Virus record (IMG/VR): IMGVR_UViG_3300020473_000702
Coordinates: 1-53,371 of that record
Length of the DNA: 53,371 nt
Origin: a virus
Taxonomy: Duplodnaviria > Caudoviricetes
Strand: one strand, 5' to 3'
A program made the translations under genes and the position numbers. This document shows positions 36,182-46,359 of the stretch, piece by piece; the stretch's first letter is position 1; the number at the start of each line of letters is the position of its first letter. Below the pieces are notes generated by a model. The model did no database searches. It had not been told where the DNA came from and was given only the letters and a program-made list of their open reading frames with translations.

Positions 36182-39100
36182 ATGGCCATAAATTTTCCCT
36201 CAACCGCAGGGCAACTAACTGATGGTAGTTTCACCTATACTACAGGTGGGAGGACTTGGGCGTGGGATGGTGTTACTTGGGAAGCTGTTGGTATTGATAG
36301 TACAGGTACTGATGACCTAGCAGTTGTAACTAATAGGGGTGCTACTACTAATGTACAACTTAGTCTTGATGCTGGATTTATAAGTGGTGGTACTTCAACA
36401 TTCACTGGTCTTACTAGTAATGTACAGTGGTCTAGGACTGATAACGCACTGAAATGGGATGATGGATCAGCAGCATTATTTGGTGCTAGTGATGATTTAG
36501 CAATCTCTCACACTACTGCTGAAGGTAATAGGATAGTTGCTCTTGGTGGTTTAGAGATTAATAGTGATGCTATTGCTTTAAAGAATCAAGCAAGCAATGC
36601 TACATTAATTGAAGCATCTTCTGGTACAGGTGGTGAAGTAAAACTATATCAGAATAATGTAGCTAAGGTTACTGTAACAAATTTAAAAACCACTATAGCA
36701 AATACTTTAGAAGCTTCTGGTTTAACTTATCCTTCAAGTGATGGTCTGGCTGGACAAGCTATACTTACTGATGGTTCGGGTGGTCTTAGTTTCGGATCTG
36801 TTTCTGCTTCAGAGACACTTGATAGTGTAGCTGATAGAGGAAGTAGTACCGATCAAACACTATCAATTGGTGGTCTTATATTAAGTGATACAGATTCGAT
36901 AGTTTTTGGTACAGGATCTGATCTAACTATCGTTCATACAGGTAGTAAGAGTCAGATAAGACATTCTAATGCTGGTAATCCACTATCAATTGAGAGTGCA
37001 TATGATGTTAATTTATTAAAGAATGGAACCAGTGACCTTCTTGCTAAGTTTGTTCCTGATGGAGAGGTTAAGTTATATCATTCTGCAGCAGAGAAATTAG
37101 CTACTACGGCGACAGGAATTACAGTTAGTGGTGTTGTTACTGCTACTGGTGGTACTTCAACTGATTGGAATGAGGCTCATGGTTGGGGTGATCATAGTAC
37201 ACAGGGATATTTAACTTCAATATCTGCAGAGACTGATCCAGTCTTTGTTGCTTCTGCTGCATATAATATTACTAATACTAAGATAACTAACTGGGATGCA
37301 GCATATGCATGGGGTGATCATGCTTCTGGTGGGTACGTAGCACTAACTGCTTTGTCTGTTGGTGCACCAAATGCTGCTAGTGGTAACGGAAACATAACAT
37401 ATAACAGTGCAAATGGAGTCTTTTCATTCACCCCACCAGATCTTAGTAATTATTTAACATCTTACACGGAGACCAGCACCCTTGCTAATGTTATTGCTAG
37501 GGGATCAACATCAAATAACTCTGCTACCATTGGTGGTAATGGTAGTACAGGTGGTATCACGCTTGCTGATGGTCTTCTATCAGTAAGAACAGGTACTGGA
37601 AACGTGGCATCTATCGACCTCTATTGTGAGGTTAGTAATGCACATAAGGTAAGTATAAAAGCACCATCACATTCTAACTTCAGTGGTAACATTAACTTCA
37701 CGTTACCTGGAACTCACGGTAGTGTAGATCAAGTTTTACGTACAGATGGATCGGGAAATACAAGTTGGGTTAATCAGACTGGATCTTATACTGAGACTGA
37801 TACACTTTCTTCAGTAACTGGTCGTGGTAGTACAACTACAACTGCTATAACTGTTGGTGGACTGACTGTTTCTGCTGGTAATTCTGTTGCAGAGTTAAAC
37901 TTATCTACTGATAATAATAATCAATATAATGTAACATTAAAAGCTCCATCAGCATCCTTATTATCTGGTAACACAACCTTTGTATTCCCACCAAATAACG
38001 GTAGTGCTAACCAAGTTCTTATCAGTGATGGATCTGGTAATACATCTTGGTCAACTATATCAGGTGGTGGTGGAGGAGGATCTAGTGTTACTATTAATGA
38101 TGCAGCACCTGGATCACCTAGCAGTGGTGATCTATGGTGGAACTCTAACGCTGGTCAGTTAAAGATATACTATAACGATGGTAGTAGTTCGCAGTGGGTT
38201 GATGCTGCTGGTGGTGGTGGAGGTAGTGGTGGTTCTGGTATAACAGTATACTCTGGTGTAGCAAACTATCCACTTGCTTCAACTCATGAAGGACAGATAG
38301 CATATGCTAGTGATATTAATGCAATGCATTACTCTGATGGAAGTGATTGGACAGGTCAGAGAATAGTTACTACAACAGAAAGTGATTCTGATTTTGATAC
38401 CTTGTTAGGTAACTATGAGAAGACATATACTCTTTCTGCGAATGAACATACTGGTGGTACTACATCAGAGAATTCTGCTAGAAAAGTTATTAAGTTAGTA
38501 GATAATAATGGTACAGATGGAGGTAAGTTTACTCTTAATGTTGGTGGTGGTTTAACATCAACACTTACTACTGATGCATGGAGTAACCAATCTATAAACC
38601 TAGGTCTATCTCTTGGAAGTATTCATAACTATACTTTGAGTTCAGATATTAATGCTGGACCTTATGCTACTGATCTAACGCTCCAAGATTCTGTTAGAGG
38701 TATTAGCAATACAATCAAGTTTGCTGGTGCTGATGGACTTACTGTTGAGAGAACAGATGCTAACACAATAACCTTCAGGCAAGGTGGTACTTCGGTTACT
38801 CAGTACACCGATGATATGGCGAAGGATGCTACATGGTCTTCCATAAGCAACGGTACTCATACTGGTATTACTTTTGCCTATGATAGTGGTACAAAATTCC
38901 TCAGTGCTACCGTTACTGGTGGTGGAGGAGGTGGTGGTGGATTAACCTACACATTAACTGGTAGAAATACAAGTTCTACTAATGCATTCATTGATCTAAC
39001 AGATAATGCAGCAACTCCAAATGTTAATAGCATAGAGTTTATTGGTAGTAATGGAACTGATGTTGCATGGGATGGTGCTAACAAAAGAATTACTATCAAC

Positions 39101-39814
39101 AGTAAAGACTATGCAGTAGGAGCTAATGCTGCTGCTAGTGGTGGTGGAGGTTTATCGTTAACTGGTAGCACCTTTACATACACACCACCTGACCTAACAA
39201 GTTTCTTAACATCTGTACCTCAAGCATCAGCAACAATTCTTGGTGGTATTAAAGTAGGTGCTAACCTTACTATGGATGCTGCTACTGGTGTTCTTAGTGC
39301 TAACGCTGGAGCATATACATTACCTACTGCTGGTGTTACTGCTAGTGGAACTCTTGGTGGTGTTAAGGTTGATGGTTCTACTGTTACTATTGATGGTAAT
39401 GGAGTCATCAGTTCAACAGGTGGATCAACTGCTCCATCTATAGGTGATGTTAATGCAACATCAACTAGCATTGCTGATAATGCACGTGGTGAAGTAACAA
39501 TTACAGGACATAAAGGGTATGTTCTTTATAAGATTACTTCATCACATGAAGCTTGGGTAAGATTGTATGTTGATGATGCTACAAGACAAGCTGATAAAGA
39601 TAGAAGTGAAGGTGCTGATCCAGCACCAGGTAGTGGTGTAGTAGCAGAGGTTAGAACTTCTGCAGCAAATCAAGAAGTTCTTATAACACCTGGTGTTATG
39701 GGATTCAATAATAATAATCCAAGAGATGAAAACATTTACGTTTCAATAAATAATAGAAGCGGTTCAGCCGCCACTATACAAGTGACCCTAACCGTTCTAA
39801 AAATAGGAGAGTAG
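36182..39814 (+). CDS. Fibre/stalk protein with MAINFP N-terminus
   Basis: 1210 aa G/T/S-rich; MAINFP...W.WDG.TW; internal GDLWW module; C-terminal domain shared with 46360-47232. Confidence 0.82.
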   Translation: MAINFPSTAGQLTDGSFTYTTGGRTWAWDGVTWEAVGIDSTGTDDLAVVTNRGATTNVQLSLDAGFISGGTSTFTGLTSNVQWSRTDNALKWDDGSAALFGASDDLAISHTTAEGNRIVALGGLEINSDAIALKNQASNATLIEASSGTGGEVKLYQNNVAKVTVTNLKTTIANTLEASGLTYPSSDGLAGQAILTDGSGGLSFGSVSASETLDSVADRGSSTDQTLSIGGLILSDTDSIVFGTGSDLTIVHTGSKSQIRHSNAGNPLSIESAYDVNLLKNGTSDLLAKFVPDGEVKLYHSAAEKLATTATGITVSGVVTATGGTSTDWNEAHGWGDHSTQGYLTSISAETDPVFVASAAYNITNTKITNWDAAYAWGDHASGGYVALTALSVGAPNAASGNGNITYNSANGVFSFTPPDLSNYLTSYTETSTLANVIARGSTSNNSATIGGNGSTGGITLADGLLSVRTGTGNVASIDLYCEVSNAHKVSIKAPSHSNFSGNINFTLPGTHGSVDQVLRTDGSGNTSWVNQTGSYTETDTLSSVTGRGSTTTTAITVGGLTVSAGNSVAELNLSTDNNNQYNVTLKAPSASLLSGNTTFVFPPNNGSANQVLISDGSGNTSWSTISGGGGGGSSVTINDAAPGSPSSGDLWWNSNAGQLKIYYNDGSSSQWVDAAGGGGGSGGSGITVYSGVANYPLASTHEGQIAYASDINAMHYSDGSDWTGQRIVTTTESDSDFDTLLGNYEKTYTLSANEHTGGTTSENSARKVIKLVDNNGTDGGKFTLNVGGGLTSTLTTDAWSNQSINLGLSLGSIHNYTLSSDINAGPYATDLTLQDSVRGISNTIKFAGADGLTVERTDANTITFRQGGTSVTQYTDDMAKDATWSSISNGTHTGITFAYDSGTKFLSATVTGGGGGGGGLTYTLTGRNTSSTNAFIDLTDNAATPNVNSIEFIGSNGTDVAWDGANKRITINSKDYAVGANAAASGGGGLSLTGSTFTYTPPDLTSFLTSVPQASATILGGIKVGANLTMDAATGVLSANAGAYTLPTAGVTASGTLGGVKVDGSTVTIDGNGVISSTGGSTAPSIGDVNATSTSIADNARGEVTITGHKGYVLYKITSSHEAWVRLYVDDATRQADKDRSEGADPAPGSGVVAEVRTSAANQEVLITPGVMGFNNNNPRDENIYVSINNRSGSAATIQVTLTVLKIGE
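37229..37269 (+). repeat. 41-nt exact direct repeat, copy 2
   Basis: Identical to 32822-32862. Confidence 0.85.
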
Positions 39815-39819
39815 TTCCA

Positions 39820-42252
39820 ATGGCAGTAAACTATGGTACAAAGAATGTAAATTCTGATACAGTTGGATGGACTAGACTGGATGTATTAAATGCATTAGAG
39901 GAAGTCTTTTCTGATCTAGGATTTCATGGAGGAACTGCAAAGACTGGTGTTCCTGTATGTGCTTTGTGGCCAGGTCAGACTAATAATGAAGAACCAGTTT
40001 CTCTTTTCAATGGACTAGAGAGTAGTGATCCTGTAAATTATGATTGGATGCATTGTGGTGGTACTCTGACTAATAATAGTAGTAGAGCAGAAAGAAAGTT
40101 TCAAGTAACTGCTAATGGTACTACATCATATTATGTGCAAGAGACTTGGATACCAACTGCACTTAATGCTGGTTCTGATACTCTAACGGTTCCTTATAAT
40201 GATGTACTAACAACAGGAACAGAACTTGTTTTCATTCCTAGTGGTGGAGATGCTAATAATGTTATTGGTGGACTAACACTCAATAAAACTGTCTATGTTA
40301 TTCGTGTCAGTGCTACTGAGATAAAGTTAGCAGAAAACCTAACTAATGCTGGTAATGGTACTGCTATTGATTTAACTGGTGATCCTCCTGGTGGATGGAC
40401 ATCTACTACTAAGTTCTTTACACCACAGTCAGGTTCAGCTAACCAAGCGATCACTACCTATCAAGGTGATCAATTAATATTTAATGTTGATGCTACTGGA
40501 TTCCATATATGTTCTGGTAGTTCGTATGATGCTAATAAAACTTTAGAGTCTGCTAATTCAGCAAACATTGCACATGTACCTGGGCATAGTAGTGGATACC
40601 TTACTGATAATGGTACAACCACAGTCACTTTTGAAACTAAGTATTGGATACAGTCGGAAGATAATACTAATGTAGAAAGCTTTGATAAACCATCTACCTT
40701 ACCAAAAGGTAATGTGCATCAAGGATATCATTATAGTCCAACAGCAGGATTGATTGGACAATCTGGTAGTAGAGTAGTTGAGTATTGTTATGCTAATGAT
40801 ACTAATGCAACTATGAAGGCAAGCATTACTATATTACCAAAGTATACTAGTCAGGCTGAGTACTTTGATCCTTATTGGGATGTTGATATTGCAGGTACTG
40901 TTGGTGGTGCTGCTGCTGAAAAAGTATTGAAGTTAAGAGTATCACGATGGCATTATGGACGTAACTATCAATATAGAGGTCGAGTTAAGTCAGTACATGT
41001 TCTTAATTCAACTGATGGGTGGAGTGGTACTCCAACATTTACTATTTCTGGTACAGATATAGGTGGTGTTACTCCTGGAAATGATGTAAAGTTTGGAACC
41101 AATACAGATGAATCTGCTACTGATGTTGGTGATGGTACATGTAGTCTAGTGTTTACAGATTATGGTGCTGGTACAAGCTTCTATCAGAAGAGTGCTACTG
41201 GTGACTATGCTGTTCTGAAACTAGTACATGATGCTGCTAAAGAATGGGGAACTACTTACTGGGTTTTTGCTCCAAGTCAGACTAATCCCTACACTATGAG
41301 GATATTCGGTGGTGCATATTGGGAGACTCAAAATTGTTGGGGAACGACAGCAACACCAGATAATACTGGTAGATATGATTATGATTGGAAAGGTCTGTAT
41401 GGATTTATGGATGGTGTCTATGCTGGAACTACACACTGGAGTTATTATGTAGATCCACATGATAATCAAGATTATTATTATAAAGCATACTTTGCTGCTT
41501 CTTCTCAACCAACAGATTATAAATTACGTCTTAAGTATTGGAAACCAGTTGCACCAATGGATACTTCCTATGCTGTAATACAATTCCTTCAAGTTGTTAA
41601 TGATCAACCGACAGAGTACTTTACTTTCTCTTTACCTACAGATGGATTTGGAGTTACTAGTCCAGGTGTAGATCTAGATCATTTATTTCATGGTCACATC
41701 GTAGAGTACGATAGAGGATCTGGTGGTACTAACCCTAACCGATCTGTTGATATTGATATGCATCTCCCTGGATATGATTACAGTACTAGTCACCCAGGAT
41801 TTGAACCTGCAAATAGTCAAAGTCTAAGTATGGAGAGTGCATATGGATACTTAAGAAACACTGGAAGTTCATATGGAAGACAAAGAGATAGGTGGTCGGT
41901 TAATATTCATACTGATAATGATTATACTTACAAGAGTATAATACAGTACTATAGGAATCATGTTTATGATAACACTAATTCAGCTATGGATTACTATCGA
42001 CCAATTAAAGGAATACCATTACTGAATTGCTTTGCACCGTGTCCATACTATCTTCCAGATGATTTTGTAATGATACAGATAGCATCTACACCAGGTCTTA
42101 CTGCTTACACGACAGGTGATACTATTACTATTAGTGGTAGTGAAAAGTATGAGATTATAGTAGCAAGTTATGAGAACTCTCAGACTGGTCTTGATCAGGT
42201 GTCTAATGGTTCTACCATTGGTATGGCTTTCTGTGCGAGGATCGTAGGGTAA
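39820..42252 (+). CDS. Large virion-associated protein (possible receptor-binding payload)
   Basis: 810 aa, Y/W-rich; internal GGLTLNKTVYVIRVSATEIKLA beta-domain; C-terminal PCPYYLPDDFV. Confidence 0.7.
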   Translation: MAVNYGTKNVNSDTVGWTRLDVLNALEEVFSDLGFHGGTAKTGVPVCALWPGQTNNEEPVSLFNGLESSDPVNYDWMHCGGTLTNNSSRAERKFQVTANGTTSYYVQETWIPTALNAGSDTLTVPYNDVLTTGTELVFIPSGGDANNVIGGLTLNKTVYVIRVSATEIKLAENLTNAGNGTAIDLTGDPPGGWTSTTKFFTPQSGSANQAITTYQGDQLIFNVDATGFHICSGSSYDANKTLESANSANIAHVPGHSSGYLTDNGTTTVTFETKYWIQSEDNTNVESFDKPSTLPKGNVHQGYHYSPTAGLIGQSGSRVVEYCYANDTNATMKASITILPKYTSQAEYFDPYWDVDIAGTVGGAAAEKVLKLRVSRWHYGRNYQYRGRVKSVHVLNSTDGWSGTPTFTISGTDIGGVTPGNDVKFGTNTDESATDVGDGTCSLVFTDYGAGTSFYQKSATGDYAVLKLVHDAAKEWGTTYWVFAPSQTNPYTMRIFGGAYWETQNCWGTTATPDNTGRYDYDWKGLYGFMDGVYAGTTHWSYYVDPHDNQDYYYKAYFAASSQPTDYKLRLKYWKPVAPMDTSYAVIQFLQVVNDQPTEYFTFSLPTDGFGVTSPGVDLDHLFHGHIVEYDRGSGGTNPNRSVDIDMHLPGYDYSTSHPGFEPANSQSLSMESAYGYLRNTGSSYGRQRDRWSVNIHTDNDYTYKSIIQYYRNHVYDNTNSAMDYYRPIKGIPLLNCFAPCPYYLPDDFVMIQIASTPGLTAYTTGDTITISGSEKYEIIVASYENSQTGLDQVSNGSTIGMAFCARIVG

Positions 42253-42527
42253 TGGCTGATTATACTCTTACAGATTTAGGAACTGTACAATCAAAGGGAG
42301 TTCCAGCTACGAGGATGAAGCACACATCAGTTGTGTGGATACTGAAAACTATGTTTAGTTCTTTAGATCATGGTACTGGTATAAGTAATGAATATAACAT
42401 AAGTGATTTGAAATCATCAAATCAAACTACTCCTATTGCAAATGGACATAAGCCAGAGCTTGCAATTGGTAATGGTAGAAGACCTGTCTATGGTCAACAA
42501 TATCCTCGTGGATATTATAATAAATAA
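42252..42527 (+). CDS. Small structural protein with C-terminal GRRP..GQ.YPR motif
   Basis: TAATG coupling to the 810-aa gene. Confidence 0.7.
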   Translation: MADYTLTDLGTVQSKGVPATRMKHTSVVWILKTMFSSLDHGTGISNEYNISDLKSSNQTTPIANGHKPELAIGNGRRPVYGQQYPRGYYNK

Positions 42528-42546
42528 CCCAAGGGGTCAGGTATAA

Positions 42547-45483
42547 ATGGCAATAAATTTTCCCAGTAGTCCTAGTGTAAACGATACCCATACCCATAAT
42601 GGTAAGGAGTGGACGTGGAATGGTACATCTTGGGTTCAAAGTACAAATGCAAGCAATTATACTTTACCTATTGCTACTGCTGGTGCTCTCGGTGGTATTA
42701 GGGTAGGCAATAGATTAACAATAGATTCTAGTACAGGTGTCTTGGATGCTGATGTACAAGGGGGCGGTGGATCTTCTTATACTGATAGTGATGTTGATAC
42801 CCACTTAAATCAATCTAATCCTACTAGTGGTCATGTCCTTTCATGGAATGGATCTGATTATGCATGGGTAGCTCAGACTACTGATACAAATACACAACTA
42901 ACAACTGAACAAGTTCAGGACATTGTTGGTGCAATGGTTGATGGTGGAACCGAAACTAGAATAGGTGTAACGTATGATGATACTGCTGGAAAATTAAATT
43001 TTGTTGCTGACGATCAATCATCTACTCCATACACTAACAGTGATGTTGATACACATCTGAATCAATCAAACCCAACTAGCGGATATGTTCTTGCGTGGAA
43101 TGGATCTGACTATACTTGGGTAGCTCAGACTGGTGGAGGAAGTGGTGGATCAGGTGGTAGTATACTACAATTAATACAGGAGATTGGTCCTTCTGGTCAG
43201 ATCAGTGCTGTATCTGGACAGGGTAGCAGTGCTGCTTGGATAGATGTTATTGATAAAGACATTACTATTACTGCTGGTGCTAATAAGAGAGTAAAGATTG
43301 AAGTTAATGGTGAACCTAAATTAGATGGTTTCAGAACCATGAGGTATGAGATCAGATTGATACGTACCACTGGAGGAACTGCAACAACATTATACGAAGG
43401 TTTTCAAGGTCTAGCTGATAGTAGTGATAACTATTCAACTATGAATGGTGTCCTTTACTTAGATACACCAGGTGCAGGTACACACAACTATAAGTATCAG
43501 TTTAGACAGGTAGTAAGTTGGAATAGTAGTACTGCTAAAGTAGAACCTGATTCAATGGTTATGCTTCTCACTGAGATGGATCTTAGTGCTAATGTTTTAT
43601 CTGCTAGTGATGTTGATAACCACTTAAATCAGTCCAATCCTACTAGTGGATATGTTTTAAGTTGGAATGGTAGTGACTATGCATGGGTAGCTCAGACTAC
43701 TGATACTGATACAGTTTATACCAACAGTGATGTTGATACACATCTCAATACAAGTGGTGCTTCTTCAGGTGAAATTCTTCAATGGAATGGATCTGACTAT
43801 GCTTGGGTAGCACAATCTAATACTACTTCATTTATTGCTCTAACTGATACACCAAATTCTTACAGTGCTGATCAGTGGGTAAAGGTTAATGCTGCTGGTA
43901 ATGCTATTGAATTTACTACTGCTCCTGCAGAATCAGATACTCTTGATACAGTAACGGGAAGAGGTGCGACAACTACAAATGATGTAACAGTTGGGAATTT
44001 TATTTGTGATAACTTAACTGTTAATGGTACTCAGACAATAATCGATAGTAACACTGTAAACATTGGAGATAATATTTTAACTCTTAATAGTGATGAATCT
44101 GGTACTCCATCACAGAATGCTGGACTTGAAATTGAAAGAGGTACATATACCAATGTATCAATTCGTTGGAATGAGACTACAGATAAGTGGCAGTATACTA
44201 ATGATGGTAGTAACTATTCTGATATTGGTAGTAGCAATTATACCAACACTGATGTTGATACACATCTGAATCAATCTAATCCTACTAGCGGATATGTTCT
44301 TTCATGGAATGGTTCAGACTATGCATGGGTAGCTCAGACTACTGATACAGATACAAATACATTCACTGGTCTAACAGGTACACCGTCTTCATACACTGCT
44401 AATAAATGGTTGAAGGTAAATGCAGGTGGTACTGCTTTAGAATATACTGATGCTCCTTCTGGAGCTTCTGTTACTGTATCAGACAATGCTCCTTCAGGTC
44501 CAAGTGCTGGTGATCTATGGTGGGACTCTGATAATGGTAGGTTAAAGGTATATTATACTGATGCAACACCTGATTCTCAGTGGGTAGATGCTAGTCCACT
44601 TGGTGCTAACAGTAGTATTGGTGTTGGTAATACAAGTATTTCTATAACTGATACTGGTACTAACGGTACTATCCAATTCAATACAGATGGTACTGACCGT
44701 TGGGAGATCACTAGTGGTGGTCACATTCTTCCAAATACAAATGCTTCATTTGATATAGGTAGTGCAGAGTATAAGGTAAGACACTTGTTCTTATCAGACA
44801 ACAGTCTTAAGTTCGTTGATGATAATAATACAGAACATGCATTGAGTGTTAATAGTAACAAACTACACTACGAAGGCAAAGAGGTTCTAGCAAACTGTGT
44901 CTTTACTGGATTGGATAATAATGATACTGTCAAATATAATGGTACGAACTGGGTTAATGTAGAGTTTCCATCAGCTTTTGATGGAACTTTAGCTGGTGAT
45001 CTAACTGTTGATACTAATGTATTGAAAGTTGATACTGCTCAGAACCAAGTAGGTATTGGTACTGCTAGTCCTAATAGTCTTCTACATTTGTATCAACCTA
45101 CTGATGCTGTGTATATTACCTTTGGTCAAGGTCAACATAATACAAACTACTGGCTTGGAACCACTGGTACTACTGCTGGATTCTTTATAGAGCAAGGTAG
45201 CAGTAATAATAGTTTACTAACAGCAGATGCTTCTGATTATGTTTCATTGTATGGTGCTGGAACCAAGAGGTTTGAGACTACTGCTAGTGGTGTCACGATA
45301 ACAGGAGACATAAGTGTTACTGGTAGTGGTTTATATAATGATGGAGCTTTGGATGCTCGTATTAATACTGCTACTGCTACATCTAATCAACTTCTTAGTT
45401 GGACTGGTAGTGATTACGATTGGATTGATCCACCAACACCAGCACCACCAGCATTTCAATCTAACTGGAGGATACCATTATGA
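42547..45483 (+). CDS. Fibre/stalk protein with MAINFP N-terminus and five 31-aa repeats
   Basis: 978 aa; SDVDTHLNQSNPTSG.VL.WNGSDYAWVAQT x5; internal GDLWW module; ATAAATA at 42520-42526 upstream. Confidence 0.82.
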   Translation: MAINFPSSPSVNDTHTHNGKEWTWNGTSWVQSTNASNYTLPIATAGALGGIRVGNRLTIDSSTGVLDADVQGGGGSSYTDSDVDTHLNQSNPTSGHVLSWNGSDYAWVAQTTDTNTQLTTEQVQDIVGAMVDGGTETRIGVTYDDTAGKLNFVADDQSSTPYTNSDVDTHLNQSNPTSGYVLAWNGSDYTWVAQTGGGSGGSGGSILQLIQEIGPSGQISAVSGQGSSAAWIDVIDKDITITAGANKRVKIEVNGEPKLDGFRTMRYEIRLIRTTGGTATTLYEGFQGLADSSDNYSTMNGVLYLDTPGAGTHNYKYQFRQVVSWNSSTAKVEPDSMVMLLTEMDLSANVLSASDVDNHLNQSNPTSGYVLSWNGSDYAWVAQTTDTDTVYTNSDVDTHLNTSGASSGEILQWNGSDYAWVAQSNTTSFIALTDTPNSYSADQWVKVNAAGNAIEFTTAPAESDTLDTVTGRGATTTNDVTVGNFICDNLTVNGTQTIIDSNTVNIGDNILTLNSDESGTPSQNAGLEIERGTYTNVSIRWNETTDKWQYTNDGSNYSDIGSSNYTNTDVDTHLNQSNPTSGYVLSWNGSDYAWVAQTTDTDTNTFTGLTGTPSSYTANKWLKVNAGGTALEYTDAPSGASVTVSDNAPSGPSAGDLWWDSDNGRLKVYYTDATPDSQWVDASPLGANSSIGVGNTSISITDTGTNGTIQFNTDGTDRWEITSGGHILPNTNASFDIGSAEYKVRHLFLSDNSLKFVDDNNTEHALSVNSNKLHYEGKEVLANCVFTGLDNNDTVKYNGTNWVNVEFPSAFDGTLAGDLTVDTNVLKVDTAQNQVGIGTASPNSLLHLYQPTDAVYITFGQGQHNTNYWLGTTGTTAGFFIEQGSSNNSLLTADASDYVSLYGAGTKRFETTASGVTITGDISVTGSGLYNDGALDARINTATATSNQLLSWTGSDYDWIDPPTPAPPAFQSNWRIPL

Positions 45484-45944
45484 CGGCAACAGTTTATAGA
45501 GGAACACTTTTTGGTGATGCAACAAACCATATCAATAATTTTTATACCAATTCTACTGGTGGTAACGTAAGAATTGTATGGTACTACTTTCATATAGGGA
45601 GTTCTCAGCGATTTAGATTCTATGTTGGTGCATCGACACCGCCATCTCCTGCTTCTTTAGGTCTTTCAACTACTTCTCCAATTGATTATAACTATTACGG
45701 AGATGCTAATACTATTAGAATGGGTGATTTTGGCCAAGGTAATTTCGTAACTGGAAAACATTACGGAATTGCTGGTGATAATCCAGGTGGTGCTACTGCT
45801 GGTTCTAATGGGAATCTCCCAACTGAACTGATATTACCTGCAGGTGATAAAATGTCGTTGTTTATTCCTGAAGAGATAACACCTACTTCTCAAGAATACT
45901 GGGAGTTTGCATTGAGATATAATTTTCTACAAATACCAGAATAA
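45480..45944 (+). CDS. Small fibre-associated protein (paralog A)
   Basis: ATVY...N.TGGNVRI...GKH...PTELIL...IPE. Confidence 0.75.
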   Translation: MTATVYRGTLFGDATNHINNFYTNSTGGNVRIVWYYFHIGSSQRFRFYVGASTPPSPASLGLSTTSPIDYNYYGDANTIRMGDFGQGNFVTGKHYGIAGDNPGGATAGSNGNLPTELILPAGDKMSLFIPEEITPTSQEYWEFALRYNFLQIPE

Positions 45945-45947
45945 ATT

Positions 45948-46358
45948 ATGGCAGCAACAGTATACAGTTTAAATGCTTCCAGTAACCAGTCTGGAACTCT
46001 ACTTAACCATCAGAACACTTCTGGTGGTAATCAGAGGGTGATTATAAATTATATAAGGATGGCTAAACAGACTTCCACTAATGGATATATGAATATTTTG
46101 TTCGGACCTAGTGGTGATCTTTCTGATCTAAAGATAAGTTATTGTACTGCTTTTGGTAAGCATGTAGCATGTAGTTATGATATGTACAATAATAATGGTC
46201 ACAATGGTCATCTGTTTCAGTCACATAGTGGTTCTGGTGCAAACGAAGAACAAAATGCACCCACAGAAATAATGCTAGCTGATCAGGAGTATTTCCAAAT
46301 CACTTGGTATGGTCCTAACTTTATCAAGGGTTGTAATATAGTAGTAATACCAGAGTAA
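45948..46358 (+). CDS. Small fibre-associated protein (paralog B)
   Basis: ATVY...NTSGGNQRV...GKH...PTEIML...IPE. Confidence 0.75.
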   Translation: MAATVYSLNASSNQSGTLLNHQNTSGGNQRVIINYIRMAKQTSTNGYMNILFGPSGDLSDLKISYCTAFGKHVACSYDMYNNNGHNGHLFQSHSGSGANEEQNAPTEIMLADQEYFQITWYGPNFIKGCNIVVIPE

Positions 46359-46359
46359 C

